Shown: positions 37,990 through 51,496 of the stretch, one piece after another
Numbering within the stretch: the stretch's first letter is position 1
Layout: every line of letters begins with the position of its first letter
Assembly (NCBI RefSeq): GCF_009834535.1
Contig: NC_045696.1
Location: forward strand, 79,300,001-79,364,000
Length of the DNA: 64,000 nucleotides
Source: Camelus ferus
Lineage: Eukaryota
Reading direction: 5' to 3'
The notes under the pieces: model-generated
Database searches by the model: none
What the model was told of the DNA's origin: nothing
Seen by the model: the letters and a program-made list of their open reading frames with translations, nothing else
Program-made: the position numbers and the translations under genes

Positions 37990-39275
37990 GATCATCTGCC
38001 ATGACTGAGTAGGATTTATCCCAAGAATCTGAGGCTGGTTTTACTATACTATGCCAACAGAATAAAGAACAAAAATCACCTGATTACTTCCATATATACA
38101 GAAAATGCTTTTCAAAAAACCTTAAAGCTCTTCATGAGAAAAACACTAAATAAACCAGAAATAGAAAGGAACATCTTCAACCTGATACAGGACATCTACA
38201 AAACACCCAGAGCTAATTTTACCCTTTTATGGTGAAATACTGAATGCTTTTGATTCTTCTATTCAACATTGAACTGGAGATTTCTGCCATGGCAACTAGG
38301 CAAGATATTGAAATGAAAGACACCATATTAGAAAAGAAGAAGTAAAAAAATCTATTTGCAGGTGATATGAGTTCAGTATGAGTTCAGTAATTCTGCATTC
38401 AGTAAGATCAATATAAAAATAAATTCTATTTTATACACTAGCAGTGAATAATCTGATAGTGAATTTAGACAATTTGTTCATAATAGTATAAAAATAATTA
38501 TAAAATATTTAGGAATAAATTTAACAAAAATGTGCAAAACTTATACTCTGAAACCTGCAAAACACTATTGAAAGAAATGAAAGGGGAGCTAAATAAAGGT
38601 AGGACATCCCATGTCCATGGGTCAGAATACTTAATGTTAAGATTGCAGTAATTTCCAAATTGATCTACAGATTCAACACAACTCTTATCAAAACTGCAGT
38701 TGATTGCATGGCAAAAATTGACAAGCTGGTCCGAAAATGTATGTGGAAATTTGAGGAACCCAAAAAGGCCAAAATGATCTTGAAAAAGGACAAAGTTGGA
38801 GAACTCAGAATTCCCAGTTTCAAAACTACCTACCAAGGAATATTGTGTAGTATTGATGTAAGAATAGAAAAATAGATCAATGGAATAGAATTAAGAGTGC
38901 AGAAATAAACCCTCACATTTGCAGGAACTAAATTTTGACAAGGATTCCAAGTCACCTCAATGGGGAAAGAGTAGCTTTTTCAACAAATGGTACTGGGTCA
39001 ACTGGGTATCCACATGTAAAAGAATGAAGTTGGACTCTCCCCTCATACCACATACACAAAGTTAACTCAAATGGATCATAGACCTAAAGAGCAAAGCCTA
39101 TGAAACACTTAGAAAAAATACAGGAGTAAATCTTTGCAACCTTGGGCTAGGCGAAGCCTTTTCAGATGTGACACCACAAGCCCAAGCGTCAAAGGACAAA
39201 ATGTATACATTGGATTCCACCAAAATTAAAATTAAAAATTTCTGTGTTGCAAAGAAGACCATAAAGAAAATGAAT
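37990..39275 (+). mobile_element. Old L1 ORF2 fragment with internal deletions
   Basis: ORF 38660-38875 IYRFNTTLIKT...KAKMILKKDKVGELRIPSFKT is L1 ORF2p; 'ctatttgcaggtgatatg' (FADD-like); 'gaatgaagttggactctcccctcataccacatacacaaagttaactcaaatggatcatagacctaa'. Confidence 0.88.
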
Positions 39276-42200
39276 GGGAAAAAGGAACTTGTATAGATAC
39301 GTGTATTTTCAAGTAAAAACTCATTTTGTTTACTCTAATGACTCCTTTCTCACATTGAAATCTTCTGCAAGATCCTAAGTCTGCCTTCTAAACAGGGGGA
39401 GTGACAAACGAAACATTTTTGTTCAGAAATATAAACAACAGGGAGAAGGCTTAAACACATCTCATAGCTACGTTCTGGTCACTTTCTGTGTTTGCATTTC
39501 TTCTCCATTCCTTTGATACTGGTTCTGCATACTTGTCTGTAAATTGTCCCTCGAATGTTTTGCTTCCCAGCACGTTGCATACAAAATACACGTAATGAAC
39601 CTATATGCTTTTTCTAAGCCCAGTAATCACATTTGCAGGGCTTTGCAGGAAAGGAGGGTGGGGCACTGGACAAATTTCCTCCTTCTTCATCCACAGAAAT
39701 TAATAAGCAATTTCACTTCCATGGACGAGAAGGAGAGGGAAAGAAGTAAGTAAGGTAGGTAAAAGCATTCTCATTTTCAGGCATTGTATTAAGTAGTGAA
39801 TATAAAGCCTAAAACTGAATCAAGCTGAGTTCATTTTCACTCTGTTTCCACAATCTTAGTACCTTATCTCTAACCTAGGGCATCCACTTCCTTCAGTCTG
39901 TGCCTGTCTTCCAAGCATGAAGTCTTCCAGTTTTTCTGTGCTCCCATCTGCTTGGTGTCTGCCTGAGAAAGAAGTTCCTAAGAGCTCCTCCAAAGACCAA
40001 AATCACCCTAAGGGAGAGTAGGGGTATGCAAAGCAAATACATATAAATATATATTATACATATAATGTATCTGAATGACACACAACACAAGAAAGCATTT
40101 TGAAATGCCATTTGTAATTGGAAAAATAATATTTATATATAAAAGGTATTTTTTAAAGAGTCATGTGGACTTCACCATTCCCCTGTGCAATATGAGTCAA
40201 CTCTGGCCCTGAGAGTGACGAGCCTAACCGAATTGTCAATCTTTAATGTTATTTCAAGACCCTAGAGCAGAAAATTATTATACAGCCTCCTGTGAAAAAG
40301 GAATAACAAAAATAGCAAAAGCAAATTTCATCCCCAAAGGGACTCTGCTTCTCTCAAAACATATCTCTATGCAGATTTGAGACAGAAAAGTTGGCCTGGT
40401 GTGCAAAGAATCAGCCAGCTGACAGCAAGCTTTCTATGTGGCAGAAGAATGAAAAGTTAAATATAATTCATGAACTGGTAAGAAATTTTAGTCCCTATAA
40501 ACCCATAAGAGGGTCTTTTTCCTAATTCTTCAAGTTTGATTCGCAGTACTCAGAGTGTAAGCTAGAATTGTTTCATTAGTATTTTATATTCTTTATCTCT
40601 AGCTCTGCAGCAAAATCAAGTAGCCAAAGACGAACCAGGAAAGAAGAAATTTGTGTCACTGGTTCTGATGTGCAAGAACCACAGGGAGAAAGGACATGAA
40701 AATAAGCTCCCATGTATAAAAACAACAAAATACTCACTCCCTGGACCAAGATTGTTAGGACCTTGGATTTCTGTTATTGCTTTTTTTCAATAGGAGTTGG
40801 AATTTGAGTGAATCATCCATACATTTTACATCTTATGTCAACTCTTAACCATAAGTACCTGGAAACTGGAATATTAATATGCTACACAAACCAACAGAGC
40901 TCATGCAGGCCAAATGAAGTTCATTTCTGTCATCAGAGACCTAGCAGACCTCTATTTGCATAGTCTGATCTATAACTGACAAACAGTGTATTAAATTTAA
41001 TTCTTAGAGGGCAAAGAAAATTTTTTTGCAGAAAAGGATGTGTGATGTCATGTTAATCATACAGAAGGAAGGTCCATTATTTTGTTTGCTTTACTCTGCC
41101 ACTGCGAATACCAGCTGGTCTGAGCACTTTGAATCAGAGTTCAAGAAGAAATCATTATAATAATTGGTTGAAGATATTAACTCTGGCAGGAAAAATTCCT
41201 ACAGAAAAAAAAAAGAGGAGAAAGGAGGCTTTTCTTTTTTGAGAGGAAAAAATACGATCTATTCAAATTGCTTATTAAAATAAGTGAACTATCCACATAA
41301 TTTAATTATTATCTGATATAATGCATAATAGTTGGAGAAACCGCACATCTGTTACTTTAGGAATATATATTAGTTATTACCTAAGCTAAAGCATCAGAAA
41401 TCTGATGGTCCAAATAAATTAGACTCTAACACCTTAAAATGATCCATACTACAAAACAAAATATTACTTAATAAAAACAACTAATAATGGGATTCTCTAA
41501 AGTTAAAAATGCAATTATAAACTGCTCTCTGGTTATTTCTGTAGAAATAGTGAGCATCTAAGACTTTCTTTAGATTCAATATTTAATAATTAAAATGTAA
41601 TAGTAAAGTATACTTGATGCGCTCATGGAAAGACATACCAGGTAACCAGCAGTATAGCGCCCTTTGTTATTTAGGTACTATGGTACCATTCACTAGAGTT
41701 AGTACTTCTAATTAAAAAGTGCACAATCTATCCGAAAGCAATGATTTTTGATTTTTTGTTGAATATGATCAAAGGGGCAACTATCTTCTGAAGAATTTAA
41801 TACATAAACACCATCCCTCCTACTTGTAACAAATTTGAAAAGACATAACTTTGTTACCTTTCATAACTGTATGTGTTTTGAGGACTTAAGAAAGTGAAGT
41901 CACAATAAAGGACTCTGCATGCTAATAACCACAGACAAAAACAGACAGCAGGTACGGAAGAATGAACTTGGAAAGGGGAGCCATAAACATACAACAAGAT
42001 TTCAAGGTGAAGTTAGGAAACTCCTTGAATCCCTCTCAGATAAGAAAGTGATGCACGTGCAGGCAACATGCCTGAAATCTGTCTCCCTGTGCACCTGCCT
42101 GTGGAAAGAGCATGTTACCACTCCCACCACCCAGGTGCTCAGCTTTGGAGAAAAGAGTTCATCCTTCCTCCCTGACAGTAGCTGCTGAAAGCCACCATAG

Positions 42201-43324
42201 AACAGGAAACAAAGATTAGAGAAAAGAAGGGAGGGAAGGAGGGAGAAAATGGAAAAAAGTTAAGTTTATCAATTCCAGTGATAATTTGGAAGCCCTAAAT
42301 AATACTTTCTCCTCTAATGTAATGATCTCCATAGACTAAATGGAAACAAAAGTAACCATTCCTGAAGGTTTTAAACGATTTTTTTTTAATCTCTATTCTA
42401 AATGCACTTATAACTCAAGCACCACCTGCTGGTTCAGCACTGGATTTTCCCACTCAACAATTCCAATTTGATTTGCATTCAAATCAGTCAAGAAGACAAT
42501 TCAATTTTTCATAGGAGTAAGGCAAGACCACTACTGACGTTTAAAATCAGACAGCCCAAAGTTTAGCTAAGATTTAAAGCTAGCTTTGTATTTCCAGCTC
42601 ACATTTATTAAACACAAACCAACTTTTGATAAAACATTAAAAATTACTAGTGTTAGTGAAACTAAATTACTAATTACTGTTGGTGAAGCTAAAATTACTA
42701 TTACAGGAAGTGAAAGATAACTGGTTAATGTAAAAGATATAGTAACCTATACACATAATGTTGAAATTTATGTACATTTCTGTGATTTATTATCAATATT
42801 TTCGTTAGTGACTTGGTTACATTGTCTTGCTAATGTTTATTTTTATTGTACTAAAATTTTTATTATAATATATGAACCTTCCAACGTCTTAATAAAAATT
42901 AACTGTGTTATGTTTTTATCACACAGACTAAATAAAAATATAACAATAAAAGAAGCTATCAAATGAAGAAGCTTATACAAAAGACTCCCTGTGATTAGCT
43001 AGCTACCTTTTTCAGTACTTCAGTAACAACAACAAAAATTATATTCTTGGAGAATGGCCTGAGAATTAGGTTACTGAATCAGTTTTGCATTTGTTTTAAA
43101 AACAGTCACTTTTAGTCTCTCTCATAGAAAATTAAAATAAAATAAAATAAAAATAACTATTTTCAATGTAACTACTCAAAAGATAACAGTTGGTTATTTC
43201 ATTAATCAACATGTACCTCCCCCGAAGTGTCTCTGTTAATTTCTCTAATTTATTAACATAGCAGCTATGTGCAGCACTGCCAGGCATGGCCTCAAAGCCT
43301 GACTGGTTGCAGCATCTTAGGGCT

Positions 43325-43447
43325 ACATTAACGGTGTATCCTAGGCAACCAAGTAACGGCTAAAGCACCACAGTGTTTGTTTAAAACGTGATGTGGAAAG
43401 CAATCAGAGGAGCTTCAGTTCCGGGGAAATTCCTTTTCAATGTAAGC
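43325..43447 (+). promoter_or_regulatory. Candidate cis-regulatory module: MYB x2, RFX X-box, FOX, NF-kB sites, then possible splice donor
   Basis: TAACGG 43329-43334 and 43354-43359; GTATCCTAGGCAAC 43336-43349; TGTTTGTTTA 43374-43383; GGGAAATTCC 43424-43433; AT|GTAAGC at 43442. Confidence 0.4.
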
Positions 43448-44179
43448 CTCACACTGTATTAGAGTGGTGCTATTTGCACCATTATAATTAAGATTGTGTC
43501 ACCATATTCATTATTTTCAAGGGTTTGTAACTGAGCTGTAAAAAATTAGTCATAGTAATTAAAAGACGCGAAACATCTAGTTATGCTGAGATGTCCTACT
43601 GGGGCATTTAGGGTCCTAGTGAAGAGGGTTTAAAGCAATTTAAATGACAGACAATATTTTATCTTAACTAGCTTAAAATACTGTCCTCACCACTGACAAA
43701 CTGGAGGTGTGTATTAGAATAAATATAAATAATAATTCAGTCTGTACTTCTCTTGGAAAATATACACATTAGCTATTCTAAAACTATAATAATTATTTTA
43801 TGATTTTTATTGAGTAAATTCTTAAATGATTTTGTCTTTTGATTTATCTGTTGGAAAAAAAGCAGTATTTTCCTTTAAAATTTTTATTTTTGATATTTTG
43901 ACTACTTCAATCAGTCATGATGCAAGAACCTAAACACATGTTATTTTGCACTTTTCATTAAACATTTATACTCCTACGTAAATCATAGGAGCAGAATTTT
44001 GTTCTTGATGCATTTATTCCTTTAACCCAAGTTTATTATATCTTAATTTTTATCAGTTTCCTTTAGAAGAAAAAAAATGTTTCACCAGCTATCGTTCAGA
44101 TTGAAGAAAGAACTTTTTTTTTTTTTAACAAAAAAATATGCTGGGTTTGGGGTAAGGAAGAAAGGGTAGCTAACCTTTA

Positions 44180-44350
44180 CTAATACTCACACATGCTGTA
44201 ACACTCTCACAAAGTTATAGATGACATATTTATTTCATTTAACCCTCTCAACAGTTCTGCGGTGGAGGCAGTATTGCTCCCATTTTACAATGAGGAGACT
44301 CATAATCCTAATGGGGCCCAGGATCCAAAGCCCATACAGTTTTCATACCA
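44180..44350 (-). mobile_element. MIR fragment
   Basis: 'catttaaccctctcaacag...cccattttacaatgaggagact'. Confidence 0.6.
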
Positions 44351-45157
44351 TTTGTGCATCTCTGAAGTAAAAACTTAAAACTGAACATAGTCTATTTTGT
44401 ATTTAAATGATTTTATAAAATATTAGAATCAAAATTACAAAGTAACTCCATTTCTCTTTTCATTCTCCAGATTCCAGTGCTAGGTTCCATTCTCAAATTA
44501 AATTAACAAACACATAAATTCATCAGGACCATAAACTCATCAAGAATAAAATGAAAGCAAGAATTGCAAATAATCTATTTCTTCTTAAAGCTGTCTAGTA
44601 ATAACACAATCTAAACTATGCATAAAATAATACTGAATTTTGCCAGAGCAAAAGAAAAATTATCATCTGAGACTCAGTGTGGTAGATACTGGAAAGAAAA
44701 CAGTCACAGTTGGTTATATGGTAAAATTCCTCCGCGGAGCTGCTCCAAGAGAAAGAACAATCAATCCCTTGGCGCTGGCCAAGGGTCTCTCAAGGCTCAC
44801 ATCATGGCTTCTCCGAAGTCTTTTCCAAATGTCTTTAAATTTCTAAACTTAGAAGATATCAATTGCTGAATTATTTTCAAAAAGAATATTTCAGAGGTTT
44901 TATTATCTACTTCCGATATCCAAATTTGATCTTCTTATAAGCAAGCTATGAACACTTTTAACTTTATATATTTAAAATGTCCTTTTAATAAATCCTATAC
45001 TTTTTCTATTAGAATACTTGAGAAACTAATTGAGTGTAAATCCTTGCTTTTTCCCCCCATCTTTCCACTGGTAGAATGTTGAACAAGAGGGAAAAAGAAA
45101 GCTATGATGTCCCCATTTTAAATGAAAAAGGCAAGGAAAAAAATCAAGGCATTAGAT

Positions 45158-45487
45158 AGACACTGTCTCATACAGCAACCGCTAGCCACATGTGACTCTG
45201 AGCACCCGAATGATGGTTAGTCCAAATTGACGTGTATTGTTTGTGTGAAATATCCGTTCAGTGCTGGATACAAAAAAAAAAAAAAAAAAAGAATGTATGA
45301 TCTCATTAATAATTTTTACATTGATTACTTATTGAAATAATATTTGGATATATTAGGTTAAATAAGATATAGGTACTATTTATTTCACCAATTTGTCTTC
45401 ACTTTTTTAAAGCATCGTTGCTAGAAAATTTAAAATTACATGTGGTAAACTTTGTAACTTACATTCTATTTCTTTGGGACTGCACTT
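45158..45487 (-). mobile_element. hAT-Charlie MITE (MER33-like)
   Basis: 'gctagccacatgtgactctgagcac...tagtccaaattga...tctcattaataatttttacattgattac...gctagaaaatttaaaattacatgtgg' matches reverse MER33 pattern. Confidence 0.8.
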
Positions 45488-46769
45488 TATTAGATAATCG
45501 AAGCATGAGGCATGGCAGTTTGAATCCAAAGTCACTGATACTATGTACAAGATATTTCCCAAAACAATTTTGTTTTTACTGTCTCTTTTTTGGCATAGTA
45601 TTCTCAGAGAATTGATAAAATTCTCTCTTACGCATACATACATGTAAACATATACACGTATTTTACTCTCCTTTTCAATGTTGTATTTTCAGTGTCTACA
45701 ATAGTGTCTGGCCAATAGTAGGCACTCAATAAATAACTGTTGACTGTACTTTGAATCAATGTGTTTTTCCAGCAGTAAACACAATTCAGAGTAGATGGCA
45801 AACAGAAGTGAAATTGCCAACCAGCCCCACTAGGAAAATCTAAGTCCCATAAATGAAATGTTTGAAACAGAAAGACATGCAATTAAAAATGAGACTTCAG
45901 AAGCATTTACAATAACATGGAAACTGGCAATAAATCAAAATTTAAATGCTCAGATTATCAAACCACCCATTTATGAATCCGACAATGTATACATTTATAA
46001 TATGAGCAACCTGGGAATTTAAAAATTGCATTTACCTTCAATATATACAAATGCAGCTATAAAATATATTTTTAAAGCTTCCTATTCAATACCGGTGATA
46101 TTTCTCCTTCAAAAGGAAAAACGTTCACTTGCCATTCTACATCTTCTATAAACAGCAGAAACTCTGAAGGGCAGATTTGCATTCTATCAAAGGCATTATG
46201 ATAAATTAAGAAGAATCATTAAAAAAGCTTAAATATTTTGCATATTGCTTCACTGTGACTCCAAGTTTATGGAAGTGTGTGTATTTTAAACCACCCACAC
46301 AACTTATGTCCTTGTGTAAAAAAATTTAGAGATTATAAGAATTGTTAGATACCAAAGACTGGAGAATTGAGAGAGGAGGAAACAAATGAAGTGTTGTCAT
46401 CCCTGAAGGCTCAGAGACCCACGGAGGCCCACAGAGTCTAAACACAGGAATAAGATGTCTTATCTGGGGTAGGAGCCCTTGACCCATTCCTGCTTCTGAT
46501 GACGCAACAAAAAGTGTTTTCCAGAGACCCTTAATCCTTAAAATATGCTTCCTATGAGCCGCTCTAAAGCTAAAGGAATGGAGGAGAGGTAATTTGCTTG
46601 GTGGATCTTGAGTCCAACTGTAATTTTAAGGATCCTGGCTTCACAGTTACTACCAGCGCATTCCTAGGGCAAAAAGTCCTTCAAAGCCTTGGTTTGTTCC
46701 TTTAAGAAGTATGTAATGATAAGCCTTCCAACACAGATTTCTGTGAACTCATCTGAACAGAACAGCTAA

Positions 46770-47167
46770 GTACAGAGCTTATAACAAATTACCACAGATG
46801 CGGTGGCGTGAAACAGGAGACTTTCACTCTGCTGTGTTCTCCTTCTGAAGGGCCCAGGGAGGAATTCTCCCTTGCTGCTTCCTAGCTTCTGGTGGCTCTC
46901 AACAATGCATGGCGTTCCTTGACTTGTAGCTGCCTCCCTCCAAAGTCTGTCTCTGCCTTCACATGGCATTCTCTCCTGCACGTGCATCTCTGTGTACCCT
47001 CTCCTTGTCCTACAAGGACACCAGTCTTTGGACACAGAGCCCACCCTCATCCAGCATGACTCATCTTAACTAACTACATCTACAAAGACCTTATTTTCAA
47101 ATAAGGTCATAGTTTGAGGCTCTGGTGGACGTGAATTCTGGAGGGGCACACTATTCAAACCTCTACA
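46770..47167 (-). mobile_element. MaLR solo LTR (MLT1C-like)
   Basis: 'taacaaattaccaca...cttcctagcttctggtggct...ggcgttccttgacttgtagctgc...aaggacaccagtc..cccaccctcatccagcatgactcatcttaac...caaataaggtca'. Confidence 0.85.
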
Positions 47168-49149
47168 GATACCCAACTAATTCTGAGGCTCACATGGCTT
47201 TAAGCGAAATAAGAGAAAGGTCCAAAAAGACAGTGGAGTATAACAGAGACAGTCCCCTCTGTTGTATACTGTCTTCTTGTACATCAATGAAATAGACCTG
47301 CAGTGTAAAAACATTATTTTTCCATTTTCCAAAACTTGCTTTTAAGAGAGCGTCTACTGAAGTTTTTGTGTGTGTTTTTCTTAGGACTCAGTCTAGCCAC
47401 ATGTCATCCATTTGTCGCTCACATCCATCACTAACTCTAGTTATTTTTCTCTACTACACATTTCTCACAGCTATTTGTCTTTCTCACTTCAAATTTTACC
47501 CAACCTTAGCACCTCACACCAGCCTGAGTAATAACCACCATCAAAGCAACACCTGCTTCAAGACATCTGTATAATAAGACCAACCAGTAGAGACTACTTT
47601 CTTAATTTTTTTTTCCACATTTTCTCAAAATCACTAAACTATCAGTGGCTCCCCAGTTCTTTGGGGGTAGAATCTAAGCACCTCAGATCAGAGGCAAAGA
47701 CTTTTCTGATCTGATCTGACTCACCTACTCAAATATACTTTATTTTACAACTCTATGGGAAACATCACCTGTCCATTACCTTCCTTCACTTTTTGCTTGG
47801 AAGAGTAAATAAATTCAAGAATTCCTTCTCAGCAACATCAAAAATGCACAGAATAATCAGAATAATTCTGCCTTCATCTCAAAAGGAACATAAACCAATC
47901 TTCCAAGAAAGGATTTGTCATTGTACCGGAATGTCTTCCCTGGGTGATGGATAAAGAGGTCAGATACATATTTGTTGGGAACTGCGGCACGCAGCACACG
48001 CCAGATGTTGATGCTCTTGTCCTTGTGGAGATAAACTGGGCTGGGCAAGAGCTAGGCTGAAAGGTTAGAAACTGGCTTTTGCTAAAGAGAATTTCAGTAA
48101 GAATATTTATTTGGAAATACCCAGCAGATGGCAAAAGGCGAGGCTGGACCATGTCAATATCATTTCTAGGAGATCAATTAAGATGCTAAAAAAGCATAAA
48201 CCTCCAGCACTAGACAGATCAGTGACAGGCGTAAATGGAAGATATTGACAAGATGCTATTATTTTAAATGATGAGCAGTGGAAGATGTAGTTGATGGAAT
48301 TTTTTTAAAAATTAACAAATACAAAATAGATACTGTTCTGCAAAGAAAAATATGCTTCTCTCCTGGGGAAATTCAGCCCTATATATTAAAGATTTCTGGG
48401 AACAGTCATTTAAGCTTTTCACTTTGACCAACTGACAGGTTCCCATGAAATAATTATGGTACCCAGATTCGCTCTGCCCTAATTAATCTGTTTTCTTCTT
48501 AATGTTTCACTGTTGCCTTCTCCTCCTAAATATGGATATGGGTCTTCTGGGAGTTGGGGAAATGTCCAAATCAAGCAAATCCCCAATTCTGTTCTCAACT
48601 GAATGATGCTGAGTACAGAAGTTAAGCTTCAAGTTTAGAAGTTTCTTATTTCTTTCTCTCACTCTTTTTTTTTTTTTAATACTCCCTGGATAAACCTCCA
48701 GAAACTTTTCTCATCTTTTTTTTTAATAAGGAAATGGAAAGTGAGTTGCTTCTGAAGCAAGGAACATAACTTTTATTATCCCTATTCCCTGTTACTGACT
48801 GTTATTAATTTTAAACTTTTGTTACATTTTTCAGGTAATAAAAAAAGCAATAAAGTAGTCCTTTAGTACAAACTGTGCAACACTTGTGGTTTGTTTTAAA
48901 AATCAAACATACTTTATAAAGGAAGGTAAAACTATCTATGGCTCCCAAGATAAACTAAACCAGTTATAAACCAAATGGAGAGAAATATGCTTTATTCATT
49001 CAGTAAATATTTGAGGACTTGCTATGGGCAAGGTTTAGAACAAGGTGAAAGGCCACAAGCCATTTATAATATTGTTGTATCCTCCCAGATAGCCAATGAA
49101 AGATCAGAGAATTAGAGTATAATAATCATAGAGAATATTGTCATCTTAT

Positions 49150-49385
49150 ACTTTTTATATTGTCACTACTTTATAGCTTAAAAGTCAATTTTACATAAAT
49201 TATTTCATATCATACTCATGAGAGTCCTATGATAAAAGATGCTAGAAAGACACTGCCATCACCATTTTAAAGATGGGAAAACTGAGGTTCTGACAGGTTA
49301 ATTATATTGTCATAGTCACATGATTAAAAGTAAAAGTACTAAGAGTAGAGCTGAGGTCTTGTAACCCTTAGTCTGTGCTCTCCTA
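49150..49385 (-). mobile_element. MIR SINE
   Basis: 'ccattttaaagatgggaaaactgaggttctgacaggttaa'. Confidence 0.7.
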
Positions 49386-49457
49386 TTTCATATCCAAGAT
49401 GAAGAACAGAAATTGCACTCGTTTCTGCAAGTTCCAGGCTCTGGGGAATACCTGAAT

Positions 49458-50056
49458 AAGGGGACGTGCCCTAAGGTGAGCCCCCAGTAAGTCAGGTCCT
49501 TTTACAATCCTCTCCTCTTGGTGGGCACACGCGATTTGCTTCTGACCAACAGAGTGTGACAAGAGTGACTTCACTCCCTTGATTGGGTTATGGTATATGG
49601 CAAAAGTGGTGGACTGTCATTCTCATGATTATGTTATGTTTTGTAAGACTCCAACTTGGCAGACTGGAGCTTCAGAAATTCACCTGCTGTGCTTGAAGAG
49701 GTAAGACGCATGGTTTGGAACTGTCTCTGGAAAGGGTCACACGGCAAGGAACAGGAGGTAGCATCTAGGAGCCGAGAGTGGCAGACAGTCAAAAACCTAA
49801 GTACCTCAGTCCTGCAACCTTAAGGAGGTGAACACTGCTCATACCTGAGGAGCTTTGTGCATATTCCCCAGCTGAGCCCCTGATAAGACTACGTCCCTGG
49901 CTAACTCCTAGGTTGTAGCCTCGTGGGGTCCTGAAAGAGAAAACTCAGCTAAACTGTATCCCAATTTCTAAGTCATCAAAACTGACATAATAAATGTATG
50001 TTGTTTTCACTTACTAAATTTTTGGTGATAGGTATATACCATAGAAAACTAACACA
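49458..50056 (+). mobile_element. MaLR solo LTR (MLT1E-like)
   Basis: 'gatttgcttctgaccaacagagtgtgaca..', 'cacggcaaggaac', 'cctcagtcctgcaacc', ends 'ataataaatgtatgttgtttt...atagaaaactaacaca'. Confidence 0.8.
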
Positions 50057-50308
50057 GTATCTACTTCTTTTTCTGTATTCTACAACCTGAGCCCTCTGAC
50101 TGTAAAACTGATGACAATAAACCAAGGAATATTTGGGGGAGGTAGTGCATTCTAATTATGAACATGAAAATGCTTTGAGAACTTAACTTTTTTAGTTAAG
50201 CATTGTTGAAGATCTTTGCATATATTACATCAATTAAACTTCTGAATGTTGGAAAACTCCAAGTCAGTCCTTGGAACTCATCTCTTTATTTTCATTCGTA
50301 CTCTAGAC

Positions 50309-50519
50309 CATTGTTTTTCAATCTGAGAAACACGCAGGTAACTTTCGGTTTTTGAGCAAGAAGAGAAAAGAAGAGACAAGAAAACCAAAATGTACTGCAC
50401 AAAGTAAGATATAGTTACATGGAACAGTACATTTTTTTCTAGTGTGTAGGTTGTGTATCTTTGTGATGCAAAATGTTATTTTAAGTGTAGACTAGTGTCA
50501 AAAATATTGAGAAACACTG
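50309..50519. mobile_element. hAT-Charlie MITE (MER112-like)
   Basis: Termini 'cattgtttttcaa'...'ttgagaaacactg' form degenerate TIRs; left flank ctctagac is a typical hAT target. Confidence 0.55.
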
Positions 50520-51067
50520 CCCCAGGGGATGCCATCCTGTTTCATGGTATTAAACAGCACGTATCCTAGGATGGATTCATTTTATGTCAATTTTATATCT
50601 CTCAACTGTACTTCTTTGAAATCCAGACTCATTTCCTAACTGCCTACCCGACATTTCGATCTGAATGAGTTACAGGCAATTCAAATGTATCATGTCTAAA
50701 ATCAGGCTCCTGAGCTTTTGTACAGACCCCAAACCAACTGCCCACAGTCTTCTCCATCTCAAGACAAAAACCTGGGAGTCATTGTGACTTTTTTTTCTTT
50801 CTCTCATTCCCCATATCCAGTTACCAGCAACCTTGTCAGTTCTACTTTCAAAATACAGATGAACCTGACCAAGTTACACTATTTCTGAACTACCACTTCG
50901 AGTCAAACCACTACCATCTACCTGAATTACTGTAATTAAAATTAACCTCCTGGCTACACTCTCTGCCTCTCCCTTTGCTCATTTCAGTCTCTTCTCTTCA
51001 CAAGAGCAAGAATGATTTCTGAAGTAAATCAATATCCCCTCCTCTGACTTTCTATCTAAGTTAGACT

Positions 51068-51496
51068 CCGTATTTAACTGACAATAATACACATTTATTT
51101 TTTATATATAAAATCAAAAGGTGTCTGGCAGTTGTGATAGAGTGGTCACTACTCACACATGAACAAACTTGGTCAAAGCTGCCCATAGTGTCATCACTTT
51201 GATTGAATTACAGGTACTGTTGGGACTACCCATCTTGAGTTTAATGTCTTCAGCAAGTTTCTACTATGAGTCAACATTGGAATTAGAGTTATTGTGTAGG
51301 CAAAAAGGCACAGTGGGAGATCAGAGTGGCACAGAGAAGACTCTTTGTCTGCATAGGACTGAATGAGCTCTTTAAAGAAATACAAAATAAAGAAATTTTT
51401 GATTAGAAAGTATTGATTGGAATTTTTTTTCTCAGTCATACTTGGAATAATGGTGAAACTAACACTCAAGAGTCACTTAAATTTGATGATATATGG
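51068..51496. mobile_element. TcMar-Tc2 (Kanga/MER104-like) DNA transposon remnant
   Basis: Right end 'cttaaatttgatgatatatgg|ta' resembles the reverse of a CCGTATTTCATCGA.TCTAAG-type TIR; left part begins 'ccgtattt'; interrupts L2. Confidence 0.5.

Noticed and set aside
47684..47718. 10-bp inverted repeat tcagatcaga/tctgatctga
   Set aside because: Built from a short GATCT repeat unit; too short to be significant.
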